Assembly (NCBI GenBank): GCA_016748015.1
Contig: JAAOMT010000269.1
Location: 194,116 to 258,115, forward strand
From: Geosiphon pyriformis uo1
Taxonomy: Eukaryota > Fungi > Glomeromycota
Direction: 5' to 3'
Length of the DNA: 64,000 nucleotides
Position 1 is the first letter of the stretch; the number at the start of each line of letters is the position of its first letter. This document shows, piece after piece, positions 63,577 through 64,000 of this stretch. Made by a program: the position numbers and the translations under genes. A model generated the notes under the pieces. That model had not been told where the DNA came from. It made no database searches and saw nothing but the letters and a program-made list of their open reading frames with translations.

Positions 63577-64000
63577 AGTTATAGATAAACTTGGTGGGTA
63601 ATGGAACTGGTAATGTTTGGTGCTCTCAATTATTAAAGATGCATCTTCCGCGTAATTCTATTGGCTTAGTTTTGATTATCAGTCTTTAAAGGTCTATTTC
63701 TGGATGTGAATTTATCTGTTGAGTTCTTTGGTTATAAGGCACAGAGTTTGTCTTTTGTCGATTGCAACATTTTCCATAAATGTGAGCTTTCTTTTTTGAG
63801 CTAATGAGTGCAGTTGTTAGGGTCTGGCATTGTCTTTTCACCCTTCTGATAAGCTAACAAGATAATATTAATATCCAAAACTTAAGAGGAGCTTCCCTTT
63901 TTTACCAGGCTATCATGAAGTCTATTCCCAGACAGTCAATTTTACTATGTTGCCACTCCACAAAAAAAATAAGAAAAAAAAAAAAAAAAAAAAAAAAAAA
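63577..64000 (-). repeat. 5' LTR of gypsy element 2 (partial)
   Basis: Direct repeat of 54471-~54900; first base is A rather than T. Confidence 0.93.

Larger units (their letters stand above)
54471..64000 (-). mobile_element. Ty3/gypsy LTR retrotransposon 2, dUTPase-bearing; 5' LTR extends beyond the window
   Basis: LTR 54471-55541 repeated from 63577; PPT, IN, RH, RT, dUTPase, PR, gag and PBS in order on the minus strand. Confidence 0.95.

Overview
Eukaryotic, AT-rich fungal DNA with GT-AG introns and one assembly gap (42823-43597). Gene style and TE proteins suggest Glomeromycotina, possibly Geosiphon-like; this is inference from memory, not a search. Most of the window is decayed retroelement. 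(1) A family of APE-RT-RNaseH LINEs: one complete copy at 12.5-19.4 kb, an AT-eroded full-length copy at 20.9-27.7 kb, a copy starting at 40.4 kb that is split by two nested LTR elements, and several 5'-truncated copies. (2) An ORF1-only, RT-less element (9.8-12.1 kb plus relics) that carries the same ~120-nt 3' end as the LINEs; this 3' end can be folded into a pseudoknotted multi-stem RNA. (3) Two related minus-strand Ty3/gypsy elements with order gag-PR-Cys-rich spacer-dUTPase-RT-RH-IN, a tRNA-Ile-type PBS, a U5 anti-PBS hairpin and, in the second, an extra ORF after integrase. Host sequence: a multi-exon multi-TM pseudogene, an intact two-exon conserved membrane-protein gene, an intron-retaining PDB1 pseudogene fragment, and an intact small secreted protein made of seven exact 13-aa Asn/Gly repeats. 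All repeats show pervasive C>T/G>A erosion, and much of the extremely AT-rich 'intergenic' DNA is recognisable TE ghost. All alignments and folds were done by eye.
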